This document shows, one piece after another, positions 30,260-39,381 of a DNA stretch of 64,000 bases. The stretch covers positions 279,292-343,291 of the forward strand of contig CAVUPQ010000004.1 in assembly GCA_963743485.1 (NCBI GenBank), given 5' to 3'. Below the pieces are notes generated by a model that was not told the origin of the DNA, searched no databases, and worked only from the letters and a program-made list of their open reading frames with translations. This DNA is from an uncultured Actinomycetota bacterium (GTDB lineage Bacteria; Actinomycetota; Actinomycetes; Actinomycetales; Demequinaceae). The stretch's first letter is position 1, and each line of letters opens with the position of its first letter. The position numbers and the translations under genes were made by a program.

Positions 30260-31180
30260 TCACGCAGTCGTCGTGCGTGCCGTCCGTCGTACGAGGCGCG
30301 ACACCAAGCGCAAGGGAGCGGTGATACGCCAACTCGTCGAGGCCTGGATGGCGCGCTTCTCCTCGTCAAAGCTGGCTTCCAGCGCCCGTGCTGCGTCGGC
30401 CGCCTGCTGCAGCTGGAGGGGAGCAGAAAGCGCCAGTCCCAGCCGCGAATATGCGCTGCGAATCTGACCCGCGAGGGCGGGAACGCTCTCCGCCGCGCAC
30501 AGGTCCAGGACGACCTGGGGTGCCGAAGACCCAACGGCCACAACCCCAAGGCCATGCCCATGGTCGAACTCGAACATCGGATATGCCTCCCGCAGTTCCG
30601 CCATCAGGCGGTAGACCCCGAATCCGCGTTCGACAACCTTGGTGTCGTGGAAGAGGACCACCCCCCGCTCCGAGAGCTTGGGCAGCCACGTTTCGAAGTC
30701 GACCTTGACGTCCTCGTAGCCGTGTCTCCCATCGATGTGGAGGAGGTCGACCGTGCCGTCCTCGACTTCGCGACGCGCATCGTCGAACGTGGCACGAATG
30801 AGTCGCGAGAAACTCGAATAGTGCTCGTCATTGTGGGCACGAACCCGTTCGTACACCTCGTTGCCGTAGAGGCCCGCGTGATCATCGCCCATCCAGTGGT
30901 CGACCGCGTAGCACCGCGTCGGCAGTCCGCCCGACGTGACGGCTCGACAGAAGACGAAGTACGAGTAGCCGCCGTGAGTACCCAGCTCGACGATCGACGC
31001 CGGGCGCGTGTTCGCGACAAGCCACGACGCGAATGGTGCGTGTTCGATCCATGCAGATTCGACATCGACGTAGTCGGGCACCGCGAAACAACTCTCGTCG
31101 ATGTAGCGGGCGAGACTCTCCCCGGGAGGCGCATCCGCGGGTCCCTTGCGAGCCATTCTGCCTCCTCTGTCGTGCCCCAC
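30260..31180 (-). CDS. class I SAM-dependent methyltransferase (Methyltransf_24-like) with coiled-coil C-terminal tail
   Basis: Intact 306-aa ORF (an alternative start MARKG is 8 codons in). Contains IVELGTHGGYSYFVF and LLHIDGRHGYEDV. The C-terminal 70 aa or so are helical (LQLQQAADAARALEASFDEEKRAIQAS) and end with TSWRITAPLRLVSRLVRR. Confidence 0.75.
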   Translation of the reverse strand: MGHDRGGRMARKGPADAPPGESLARYIDESCFAVPDYVDVESAWIEHAPFASWLVANTRPASIVELGTHGGYSYFVFCRAVTSGGLPTRCYAVDHWMGDDHAGLYGNEVYERVRAHNDEHYSSFSRLIRATFDDARREVEDGTVDLLHIDGRHGYEDVKVDFETWLPKLSERGVVLFHDTKVVERGFGVYRLMAELREAYPMFEFDHGHGLGVVAVGSSAPQVVLDLCAAESVPALAGQIRSAYSRLGLALSAPLQLQQAADAARALEASFDEEKRAIQASTSWRITAPLRLVSRLVRRTARTTTA

Positions 31181-31276
31181 CGCAGTCTAGCCTCGGTTCC
31201 CCGGTGGCTTGCGGCGAATCCCGGACGTGGTGGGTGCGGTCGGTGCCGCCGCGCGCTCACCGAGTAACCTAGGCCC

Positions 31277-31858
31277 ATGCTCCTCAGCGACCACGACATC
31301 CGCGCCGCGATTGAATCCGGACGCGTCGTCCTGACGCCCTACGACCCCGGCATGATCCAGCCGTCGTCGATCGACGTCCGGCTCGACAAGTTCTTCCGCG
31401 TCTTCGACAACCACAAGTACGCCGCGATCGACCCTGCTGTGGAGCAGGAGGAGCTCACGCGGCTCGTCGAGGTCTCCGGGGACGACCCGTTCGTCCTCCA
31501 CCCTGGGGAGTTTGTCCTCGCGTCGTCGTACGAAACGGTATCTCTGCCCGACGACATCGCGGCTCGCCTCGAGGGCAAGTCCTCGCTGGGTCGGCTTGGG
31601 CTCATGACGCACTCGACTGCGGGGTTCATCGACCCAGGCTTCGAGGGAAACGTCACGCTTGAACTCTCGAACGTCGCGACCCTGCCGATCAACCTCTGGC
31701 CAGGGATGAAGATCGGACAGATGTGTTTCTTCCGGCTGTCGTCCGCAGCCGAGGAGCCCTACGGTTCGGGCAAGTACGGCTCGCGGTACCGGGGCCAGCG
31801 CGGCCCGACGGCGTCAAAGTCGTGGATGAACTTTCACCGGAGCGATCTCGGCTCTTAG
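31277..31858 (+). CDS. dcd: dCTP deaminase
   Basis: Intact 193-aa ORF: [24 protein letters not shown]...PSSIDVRLD...[21 protein letters not shown]. Confidence 0.93.
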   Translation: MLLSDHDIRAAIESGRVVLTPYDPGMIQPSSIDVRLDKFFRVFDNHKYAAIDPAVEQEELTRLVEVSGDDPFVLHPGEFVLASSYETVSLPDDIAARLEGKSSLGRLGLMTHSTAGFIDPGFEGNVTLELSNVATLPINLWPGMKIGQMCFFRLSSAAEEPYGSGKYGSRYRGQRGPTASKSWMNFHRSDLGS

Positions 31859-33789
31859 GTCGACGATCCCTCCAGGGGCGCCGGACGATAGTCCACGGTG
31901 ATGTGCTGCTCGGGGCACGTCTCATTGAGCGAGGCCTGGAGCCACGGATCGCCCGTAACGATGTGCATGGGCTTCGCCGAGAGTTCGGCAACCAGGCACA
32001 CGTGAGCGTCCGTGGTCATGAGGGCCCCCATGATGAAGAGTTGCCCCTTGTCATGGTTCGGTCGCCCCTCGCCTGCGAGCTGGATGAGCCAGTTGTTCAC
32101 CACGTGCTCGTTCTTCTCGCCCGATCTCCAACGAATGTAGAGGCCGGCGTCGTGCGTGTTCGCCAAGATCTCGTCTGAGACCTGGTCGCCTTGGATGTAA
32201 TACGAGCCGTTCAGCATGAGCGGCAGCGGCACCGCAGAGAATCTCTCGAAACTATCCTGCGGTATCACCACCAGAGGTCCGAAGAGCAGGGTGATGGAGA
32301 ACACCATCCCCCCAAGCAGCCAACCCCGCGCCCGGCGCGACGGCACCGCCTTCGACCAGCGCGCGACGAGGCCGATGCCGACGACAATGAGCAGCGCGGC
32401 AACGAACCAGGCGTACTTGTGCGGGTAGTACGACCACACGCCGAAGAAATCGTTGTGCGCGTACCCGATGACCGCGCCCAGCCCCAGCGTTCCGACAACG
32501 GCCGTGGCAATGATGCCCCGCCGCTCAACGGAGCCCGGCGCCGGGTACGCCTTCCTCGCGAGCCAGACGACCGCAATGGCGAAGCTCGGAAGCATCCACT
32601 TGGGAAACCCCGCGAGGCCGCCGACCTGGCCGAGGCTCGACCGCGAAGTCAAGAACAGGGGCGCCTCGACCACTACCGAATACGCGATGAGTTGCGCGAG
32701 GCTCGCAAGCAGCATCACTCGCGACACCCCGCGGACGGCGCGAAGCCTTCCGCGGTAGCGCCACGCGACCACCGCCGCGAGAGTCAGCGGGAGGAAGATG
32801 AGCGGACTCCACACGGCGAGGATCAACGTACCCGCGACGGTCTGTGAGGCGAGGGCGAGCGCGGGACGACGCTCCGCGCCGAGTGCGGCCATCACCGACG
32901 CGAACAGAATCGGAAAGACGAGCTGCGCGTTGACGAAGCCGAATTCGATCGGATACCCGCTGAAGTACCACGTGACGGGCAGCGCCGATCCGCACAGCGC
33001 CGCGAGCGCCCCGGTCCCCCGCCAGCCCGACTTCGCCCTCCCCGCAACCATGGCCGCGAGCGCGCCTGAAAGCAGGCACGTGAGCGCGAGGAGCACGATC
33101 CACGTCGTGGCAAACGCATGGAGGTCCCGGTGCAGCAGAGTGGCGCGCGCGACCTCGTTGTCATACGGAGCCATCGCGACCGCGAACAGCGCGTGTCCCA
33201 ACGGCACCGGGTCGTCTGCCATGTCGCTGAGCCGAATTCCGCCCGCGTACACGATGCCGCGCGCATACATGAAGTGGGGTGCCGCGTCGTTGCGAAGCGC
33301 CCAGTCGATCGTCGTCGCCCCCGGCACGACGAAGCAGAGCGCGTACGTGACGAGCCACGCAATCGCGCCCGCTGCCGCGGCGAGCGCGACGCCAAACCGT
33401 GTGGCCAGGATGGTGGGCACAGCCGCGCGGGTTCGGTAGAAGGCGGTAACTCCCGCGGCGCCCGCCAGGGACCACAGGATCGTCGCCACGCCCTCGAAAC
33501 TGAGCGGCACGACGGGGGACAGAAACACGGTCGCCAGCACGACGAGGAAGGCGGCCAGCGTCGTGGTGCCAGCGGCGAGGGACGCGCCAAGTCGGGGCCA
33601 CAACGCGACGAACCACACCCCACACGCGACGCCAAAGAGCGGCCAGATCGGCCCGCCCGCGGCCGCGGCGATCGCGGCCCACCCCGCCGAGACGGCCATG
33701 CCGACGGTGATCGCGACCCGCGCGACGGCTAGCCTCCGCGACGAAAGAGCAACGCGCACCACAGCCCACCGCCGTTCACTCGGACTCAC
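31855..33789 (-). CDS. large polytopic membrane protein (644 aa), putative glycan polymerase or GT-C-type transferase
   Basis: Intact ORF with more than 12 predicted TM helices by eye and a C-terminal soluble domain of about 150 aa ([32 protein letters not shown]...). No family assigned. Located in the glycopolymer locus. Confidence 0.7.
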   Translation of the reverse strand: MSPSERRWAVVRVALSSRRLAVARVAITVGMAVSAGWAAIAAAAGGPIWPLFGVACGVWFVALWPRLGASLAAGTTTLAAFLVVLATVFLSPVVPLSFEGVATILWSLAGAAGVTAFYRTRAAVPTILATRFGVALAAAAGAIAWLVTYALCFVVPGATTIDWALRNDAAPHFMYARGIVYAGGIRLSDMADDPVPLGHALFAVAMAPYDNEVARATLLHRDLHAFATTWIVLLALTCLLSGALAAMVAGRAKSGWRGTGALAALCGSALPVTWYFSGYPIEFGFVNAQLVFPILFASVMAALGAERRPALALASQTVAGTLILAVWSPLIFLPLTLAAVVAWRYRGRLRAVRGVSRVMLLASLAQLIAYSVVVEAPLFLTSRSSLGQVGGLAGFPKWMLPSFAIAVVWLARKAYPAPGSVERRGIIATAVVGTLGLGAVIGYAHNDFFGVWSYYPHKYAWFVAALLIVVGIGLVARWSKAVPSRRARGWLLGGMVFSITLLFGPLVVIPQDSFERFSAVPLPLMLNGSYYIQGDQVSDEILANTHDAGLYIRWRSGEKNEHVVNNWLIQLAGEGRPNHDKGQLFIMGALMTTDAHVCLVAELSAKPMHIVTGDPWLQASLNETCPEQHITVDYRPAPLEGSST

Positions 33790-33822
33790 CTACAGGACGA
33801 GGCCGCTAGGCGGCCCGCCCCA

Positions 33823-35517
33823 TTATGGCACCGCGCCGTGCGCGTCCATCCGATCCGGGCTCTCCTCGCCCAGCCGCACGAGGACATGCGCCGCAGCAAG
33901 AATCACGATCCCAGCGAGGAGCGTCGCGAGGCCCAACGGTCGCACGGGAGCCGGATCCCAGGGCGGGCTCAGGAAGTGGAACGCCATCCATCCCTGAAGC
34001 CCCACGACCGCCCATCCCGCCCACTCAACATGAAGCGCCATCCAGGAAAGAGGAACGGCGAGCAACAGGATGATCCAGACATGGCTTCCTTGGTGAACCA
34101 CAGTCGTGCCGGGCCCGAACATGATGAGGGCCCAGGCGGCGAGGGACGGGAGCGTCGCCGCGCAGATGAGCGCGAGTCGGCGATCCGTGTCACCGAGGCG
34201 CTGGCCTCGTAGCCGCGTCACGAGCGCATGAACGAGCATCGCGGCGAGGATGAGCACGGCGAGTCCGAGGGCGTTGGACGTGAAGATGAATTCCGCGCTA
34301 TTGCGCGACGCCCGTGACGCCGCCCCAGGGGGGAAGAGGCCGCGGAGGAGATTCGGGTCGAAGATCTCCTTGACATTCGCCCACTTGTTGGCGACCACCT
34401 CGCCGAAGCTGAGCGACGAGTACGCGCGGGCGAAGACGGTGGAGAACGACTCGTCTGTCACCGGGATGACCCCCGCGAGGTGCCACTTCAGGAGTCGATC
34501 GCCAGGGGGGTCGACGAGACGTTGGTACAAGAGCCAAGGGACGTAGAGCACGGCCAGTGCGACGGCCCCCCACGCCGCGTTCGTGGCGAGGGCCCGGATG
34601 CCGTGCTTTCGCAATCGCCACCAGGCGATTAACACAAGGATCGGAACGGCGAAAGCGGTGCCCCCGTGGGCGAGGAGGCCGAGCGTGCCCGCCGCCACCG
34701 CGGCTATGAATAGCCAGCGCGTCTTGGTGGCGGCGATGTCGACTGACAGAAGCAGCGCGATCGCGGCAAGGACCATAGCGGCGGCGAGGAGTTTTGGCCA
34801 CGTGAAGACCGCGTTGATCACCATGGTGGTCGTGAGGGCCGCGAACGTTATCGCCATGAAGGAGATGCGCGCGGGTACGCGGAGGGCCCGGAGGGCCGCG
34901 TGGGTGGCCGGGACCCAGAGCGCCTGGGCGACGACGCTCGCGGCCGCGGCGCCGGTCGCGGCCTCGCGCAGCACCACGGCAGGGCCGGCCAGAAGGAGGA
35001 TGAAGCCAGCTTGGAGCGGCGGCCGGTCGCTTCCGTTCCAGTCGCCCGCGAGCGGGTGCGTCGATTCGCCGAGTCCGATCTTTTCTGCCAGCTGCGCGGG
35101 GAGGGTGTTGTCCGACGGCAGGTGATCCGCCACGAATCGGATCTCCGAGAGTTTCCAGAAGCCAACGTCCGATTGCCAGAGGTAGAGGAGCCCCAAATGT
35201 ATGAAGATGATCGCCGCGGTCAGCAAGAACAGCGCCGTCGCTTCGCGCGGCACGCGCCACGCCCTCGTCTTCACGAAGTAGGCCGCCGTCGCGAGCCATC
35301 CCATGCCAATGGCGTAACGGCCGACACTCGGCGAGGCGAACGTGATCACGATGGTCACGTAGCTCGCCAGCGCGACCCCCACCACCGCGAGGGAAACGCT
35401 CGTGGCCAGGTTGCCTCGGTGGATGCGCCGGGTGGCACGTATCGCGACGCACATCATCATCCACGTTGCGAACGAAACGTAGGCGACTGTCGCGGCCGAC
35501 ACCAGCGCGTGAGGCAT
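33823..35517 (-). CDS. polytopic membrane protein (564 aa), GT-C-like; paralog of 39378..41093
   Basis: Intact ORF. It shares long collinear similarity with the 571-aa protein at 39378..41093 (GDWNGSDRPPLQAGF, VVAQA.W.PA, TWPK.L.AA.V.AA, LLAHG..AFA.P, DPPGDRL.KWHLAGVIP). Function inferred from topology and context only. Confidence 0.7.
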   Translation of the reverse strand: MPHALVSAATVAYVSFATWMMMCVAIRATRRIHRGNLATSVSLAVVGVALASYVTIVITFASPSVGRYAIGMGWLATAAYFVKTRAWRVPREATALFLLTAAIIFIHLGLLYLWQSDVGFWKLSEIRFVADHLPSDNTLPAQLAEKIGLGESTHPLAGDWNGSDRPPLQAGFILLLAGPAVVLREAATGAAAASVVAQALWVPATHAALRALRVPARISFMAITFAALTTTMVINAVFTWPKLLAAAMVLAAIALLLSVDIAATKTRWLFIAAVAAGTLGLLAHGGTAFAVPILVLIAWWRLRKHGIRALATNAAWGAVALAVLYVPWLLYQRLVDPPGDRLLKWHLAGVIPVTDESFSTVFARAYSSLSFGEVVANKWANVKEIFDPNLLRGLFPPGAASRASRNSAEFIFTSNALGLAVLILAAMLVHALVTRLRGQRLGDTDRRLALICAATLPSLAAWALIMFGPGTTVVHQGSHVWIILLLAVPLSWMALHVEWAGWAVVGLQGWMAFHFLSPPWDPAPVRPLGLATLLAGIVILAAAHVLVRLGEESPDRMDAHGAVP

Positions 35518-35651
35518 CCCGCTACCCTAGCGCCGGGGAGCGCCCTCTGACGCAAGCTTGGGCTGGTGGTATCGACGCCTCGAAGGTCCGGCCGGCCGCA
35601 GGGCCAGGGTCCGGACGCGAGCCACCAGGACTCAGACGCCCCGGCGCGGTC

Positions 35652-36167
35652 CTAGACCGCGCCCGAAGGATTCCGCTCGCGCATCGCGCCGGCTCCGGCC
35701 ACAACCTTGCCTGTCCGGTGGTCGCCGTACACCCACATCCGGTACATCACGAACCGGAACGACGTGGCGAGCGCGAGCCCCACGACGTTGGCCGCGACGT
35801 TATCCGCGAGCAGGCTGTCGAAGCCGAGAACCGAGTGTGAGAACCACAGGCAGAAAAGCGCGATTCCCATCCCGACAACCGCGATCGCGGTGAACTCAAG
35901 CAGCTCCAGGATGAAGTTGGTTCGGCGATGTTCTCGGAAGGTCCAGTAGCGATTCCCGAACCATGACACGAGCGTGGCGATCGCGACCGAGATGGTCTTC
36001 GCAGCGAACGAACTCGCCAGGATGGGGCCATCGCCGTGCAAGTCGAGGCGAAGCGCGTTGAAGATGCCCACGTCAACGCCGTAGGCGATGACGCCGACGA
36101 CGCCGAACTTCATGACGTAGCGCGTGACAAGGGCGTTGAATGAACGCCAGGAAGTGCGGACACTCAC
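35652..36167 (-). CDS. GtrA family protein (polyprenyl-phosphate-sugar translocation-associated)
   Basis: Intact 171-aa, 4-TM ORF: YVMKFGVVGVIAYGVDVGIFNAL...VSWFGNRYWTFRE...SFRFVMYRMWVY, the typical GtrA pattern. Confidence 0.85.
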   Translation of the reverse strand: MSVRTSWRSFNALVTRYVMKFGVVGVIAYGVDVGIFNALRLDLHGDGPILASSFAAKTISVAIATLVSWFGNRYWTFREHRRTNFILELLEFTAIAVVGMGIALFCLWFSHSVLGFDSLLADNVAANVVGLALATSFRFVMYRMWVYGDHRTGKVVAGAGAMRERNPSGAV

Positions 36168-36316
36168 GGGTGGGCTCTTCCCATCTGATCAGGGGAGTGT
36201 GGCGGACCAGCGTGCCTATCGTAGCCCGGACACGCTGGCCGCCCGATCGCGGCCCGGCACGAAGTCCCAGATGCGCGTTGTCCGCTTGCCATTAGGATGA
36301 TGGTGCTTCTTCGACG

Positions 36317-37572
36317 GTGGCCGCGAGGTCGCCCCTAGCGAACAGGACCGGAACGGTGGCAGCAGACTTCCCGAACGACGTTGTGGTGATCGGCGGCGGC
36401 GGTCACGTCGGCCTTCCCTTGGCGATCGCGCTCGCGGATCGCGGCTCCAAGGTCGCGGTCTACGACATCAACGCGTCCACCGTCGAGACGGTGATGAAGG
36501 GCGTCGTGCCGTTCTCGGAGCCCGGAGCCGAGCCTGTCCTCAAGAAGGCCATCGCCGACGGCCGCTTCATCGCGACGACGGAACCCGCCGTCGTGGGAAC
36601 CGCGCAGCACGTCATCGTCGTCATCGGCACGCCCGTCGACGAGCACCTCAACCCCGACCCGAACGCCATCCCCGCTCGCCCTTGCCGCAACGAGCGAGCA
36701 CTTCCGCGATGGCCAGGACGTTGATTCTCCGCAGCACGGTCTACCCCGGCGTCACCGCCCTCGTCGAGCGCATGGTCGCCGAGCCTCGGCCTCGACATCG
36801 ACGTCGCGTTCTGCCCCGAGCGCATCGCCGAGCACAAGGCCATGGAGGAGCTGTTCTCGCTGCCCCAGATCGTCTCGTCCCGCAGCGCCCGCGGCCGCGA
36901 GCGCGCCGCGGCGCTGTTCTCGACCCTCACCGACGAGATCGTCCACCTCGAGCCCGAGGAGGCGGAGCTCGCCAAGCTCTTCACCAACACGTGGCGCTAC
37001 ATCAAGTTCGCGGCGGCCAACCAGTTCTACATGATGGCCAACGAGCGCGGGCTCGACTTCGAGCGCATTCGCGAGGGGCTGAGCCGCAACTACCCCCGCG
37101 CCAAGGACATCCCCGGAGCGGGCTTCGCCGCGGGGCCGTGCCTGTTCAAGGACACGATGCAGCTCGCCGCGTTCAGCGGACAACAAATTCGCGCTCGGCC
37201 ACTCGGCGATGCTCGTGAACGAGGGCCTGCCCCTGTACGTGGTGACGCAGCTCGAGAAGAGGTTCGACCTCGCGACAGCTGACCGTCGGCATCCTCGGCA
37301 TGGCGTTCAAGGGCGGCTCCGACGACATCCGGTTCGAGCCTGTCCTACAAGCTGCGCCGGGTGCTGAAGTTCAAGGCCAAGGCCGTCGTTGTGCACGGAC
37401 CCGCACGTCACCGAGGAGACCGACGACACGCTCATTCCCGCTCGAGGACGGTGCTCGCGAAGGCCGACATCCTGATCATCGCGACGCCGCACGCCGAGTA
37501 CCGCGGCCTCGCGATCGGACAAGCCCGTCGCCGACGTGTGGAACCTGCTCGGCAACGGGCGTGGTGGTGTGA
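36317..37572 (+). pseudogene. nucleotide-sugar dehydrogenase (UDP-glucose/GDP-mannose dehydrogenase family), multiple frameshifts
   Basis: N-terminus VVVIGGGGHVGLPLAIALADRGSKVAVYD lies in ORF 36317..36724. LILRSTVYPGVTALVERM lies in 36682 onward. CPERIAEHKAMEELFSLPQIV...AELAKLFTNTWRYIKFAAANQF...GAGFAAGPCLFKDT (catalytic Cys) lies in 36842..37282. GILGMAFKGGSDDIR lies in 37300 onward. The stop is at 37570-37572. At least 5 frame changes. Confidence 0.8.
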
Positions 37573-38351
37573 CGCTCGCTCAGCCCCCGCGTCACGCATC
37601 GTCATCCCCGCGTACAACGAGGGCGAGAACATCGTCGCCGGGCTCGACCGCATCGTCGACGGCCGTTGCGCCTCGAGCTTCGAGTTGCTCGTCGTCGTTG
37701 ACACCGCGGACGACACGACGATTCCGGTCGGTCGAGGCGTACTCCGACAAGCGAGCCTCAGGTGCGGATCGTGATCAGACGACTATGGTCGCGGACCGGC
37801 CAACGCGATTCGCTACGGCATCGACTCACGCTCGGCGCCGACGACGGTCGTCACGATGGCCGACGGCTGCGACGACCCGCAGCAGATCGACGAGCTCGCG
37901 CGCCTGGTCGAGCGGGGCGTCGTCGTGGCCGCCGCGTCGCGCTACATGGCGGGCGGCCAACAGGTCGGTGGGCCCGCGTTTCAAGCGCTTCCTGTCGCGC
38001 ACGGCGGGGCGGTCCCTCTACTGGTTCGCGGGCGTGGGCACGCGTGACGCGACCAACTCGTACAAGGCGTACCACACCGACTTCGTGCGCCGCGGTCGGG
38101 ATCGAGAGTCAGCGACGGCTTCGAGATCGGGCTCGAGCTCACGGCCAAGGCGCGGCAGCCACCGGCAGCCCGTCGCCGAGATCCCGACGATCTGGCTCGA
38201 CCGGGCGTTCGGCCAATCGAATTTCCAGATGTCCAAGTGGATACCGAAGTACCTTCGTTGGTACCTCTACGCCTACGGGGGCTCCAAGCCCCTGCCCGAG
38301 GCGCCGGCGTCCCCCGACATCACCAATGCGAAGGGAAACAACCATGGCTAA
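37569..38351 (+). pseudogene. GT2 polyprenyl-phosphate-sugar synthase (Dpm1/ArnC/GtrB-like), multiple frameshifts
   Basis: The GTG at 37569 overlaps the upstream stop (GTGA). RIVIPAYNEGENIVAGLDRIV and FELLVVVDTADDTT lie in the frame of 37361..37774. VVTMADGCDDPQQIDELARLVERGVVVAAASRYMAGG lies in 37856..38047. AEIPTIWLDRAFGQSNFQMSKWIPKYLRWYLYAY lies in the frame ending at 38351. Confidence 0.8.
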
Positions 38352-39381
38352 GGTGCTCGTCACCGGGTCGGCCGGCTTCATCGGCGGCTACATCGTCGAG
38401 GAACTGCTTCACGGGCGGCCACGAGGTCGTCGGCGTCGACAACTACTCCAAGTACGGCCCCGTCAAGAAGTCCTACGACGACCACCCCAACTACAAGCTC
38501 TACGTCGACGACGTCGAGAAGGTCGACCTCATGGCCGAGCTCTGCTTCGGACGTGGACCACCTCATCGCGGGCGCCGCGCTCATCGGCGGGATCTCCTAC
38601 TTCCACACCTACGCCTACGACCTGCTCGCGCAGAACGAGCGCATCATCGCCTCCACGTGCGACGCCGCCATCAAGGCGCACGACGGCGGCAAGGGGCGGC
38701 TCCAGAAGGTCACCTACATGTCGTCCTCGATGGTCTTCGAGTCAGCGACTCACTGGCCCTCGAAGGAGGGCGACGAGCGCGAGATCCCGCCGCCGCTGTC
38801 GTCCTACGGCTTCCAGAAGCTCGCCGTCGAGTACTTCGCCCGCGCCGCGTGGGACCAGTACAAGCTGCCCGTACACGATCCTGCGCCCGTTCAACTGCGT
38901 CGGCATCGGCGAGTCCCGCGCCCTCGGCGACGTCGAGATCGACTCCGGCAACGTCAAGCTCGCGATGAGCCACGTCGTGCCCGACCTCGTCCAGAAGGTC
39001 TTCAAGGGCCAGGACCCGCTGCACATCCTCGGCTCGGGCGAGCAGATCCGCCACTACACCTACGGCGGCGACCTTGCCCGCGGCATCGTCATGAGCCTCG
39101 AGCCACCCCGACGCGATCAACAACGACTTCAACCTCTCGACGCCGAACGGTCACTCCGTGATGGAGCTGGCCGAGATGATCTGGCGCAAGATCAAGGGCC
39201 CCGACGCCCCTCTGACCTCTGGCGCACGACGAGGGCTTCGAGTACGACGTGCAGCGTCGGGTCCCCGACACCAGAAGGCCAGGGACGTGCTCGGCTTCGA
39301 GGCGACGACCACCAGCTCGAGGACATGCTCGACGAGGTCATCCCGTGGATCGAGGCCGCGATGGCCGACGGACGAATCTAG
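38344..39381 (+). pseudogene. NAD-dependent epimerase/dehydratase (extended SDR), multiple frameshifts
   Basis: Starts MAKVLVTGSAGFIGGYIVEEL at 38344. GHEVVGVDNYSKYGPVKKSY lies in 38237..38968. DHLIAGAALIGGISYF...YMSSSMVFE...SSYGFQKLAVEYF (YxxxK) lies in 38553..39161. TILRPFNCVGIGE...HILGSGEQIRHYTYGGDLARG lies in the frame of 37762..39381. The protein ends ...LEDMLDEVIPWIEAAMADGRI at 39381. Confidence 0.8.

Noticed and set aside
36207-36238. 8-bp perfect inverted repeat CCAGCGTG-N16-CACGCTGG in the GtrA/dehydrogenase divergent spacer, and a similar one, CTCCGACG-N13-CGTCGGAG, at 48722..48750 in the wzm/GT2 spacer
   Set aside because: Single 8-bp GC-rich inverted repeats are expected fairly often by chance in spacers of 130-150 nt at this GC content. 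There is no second copy or known motif to support a regulatory call.
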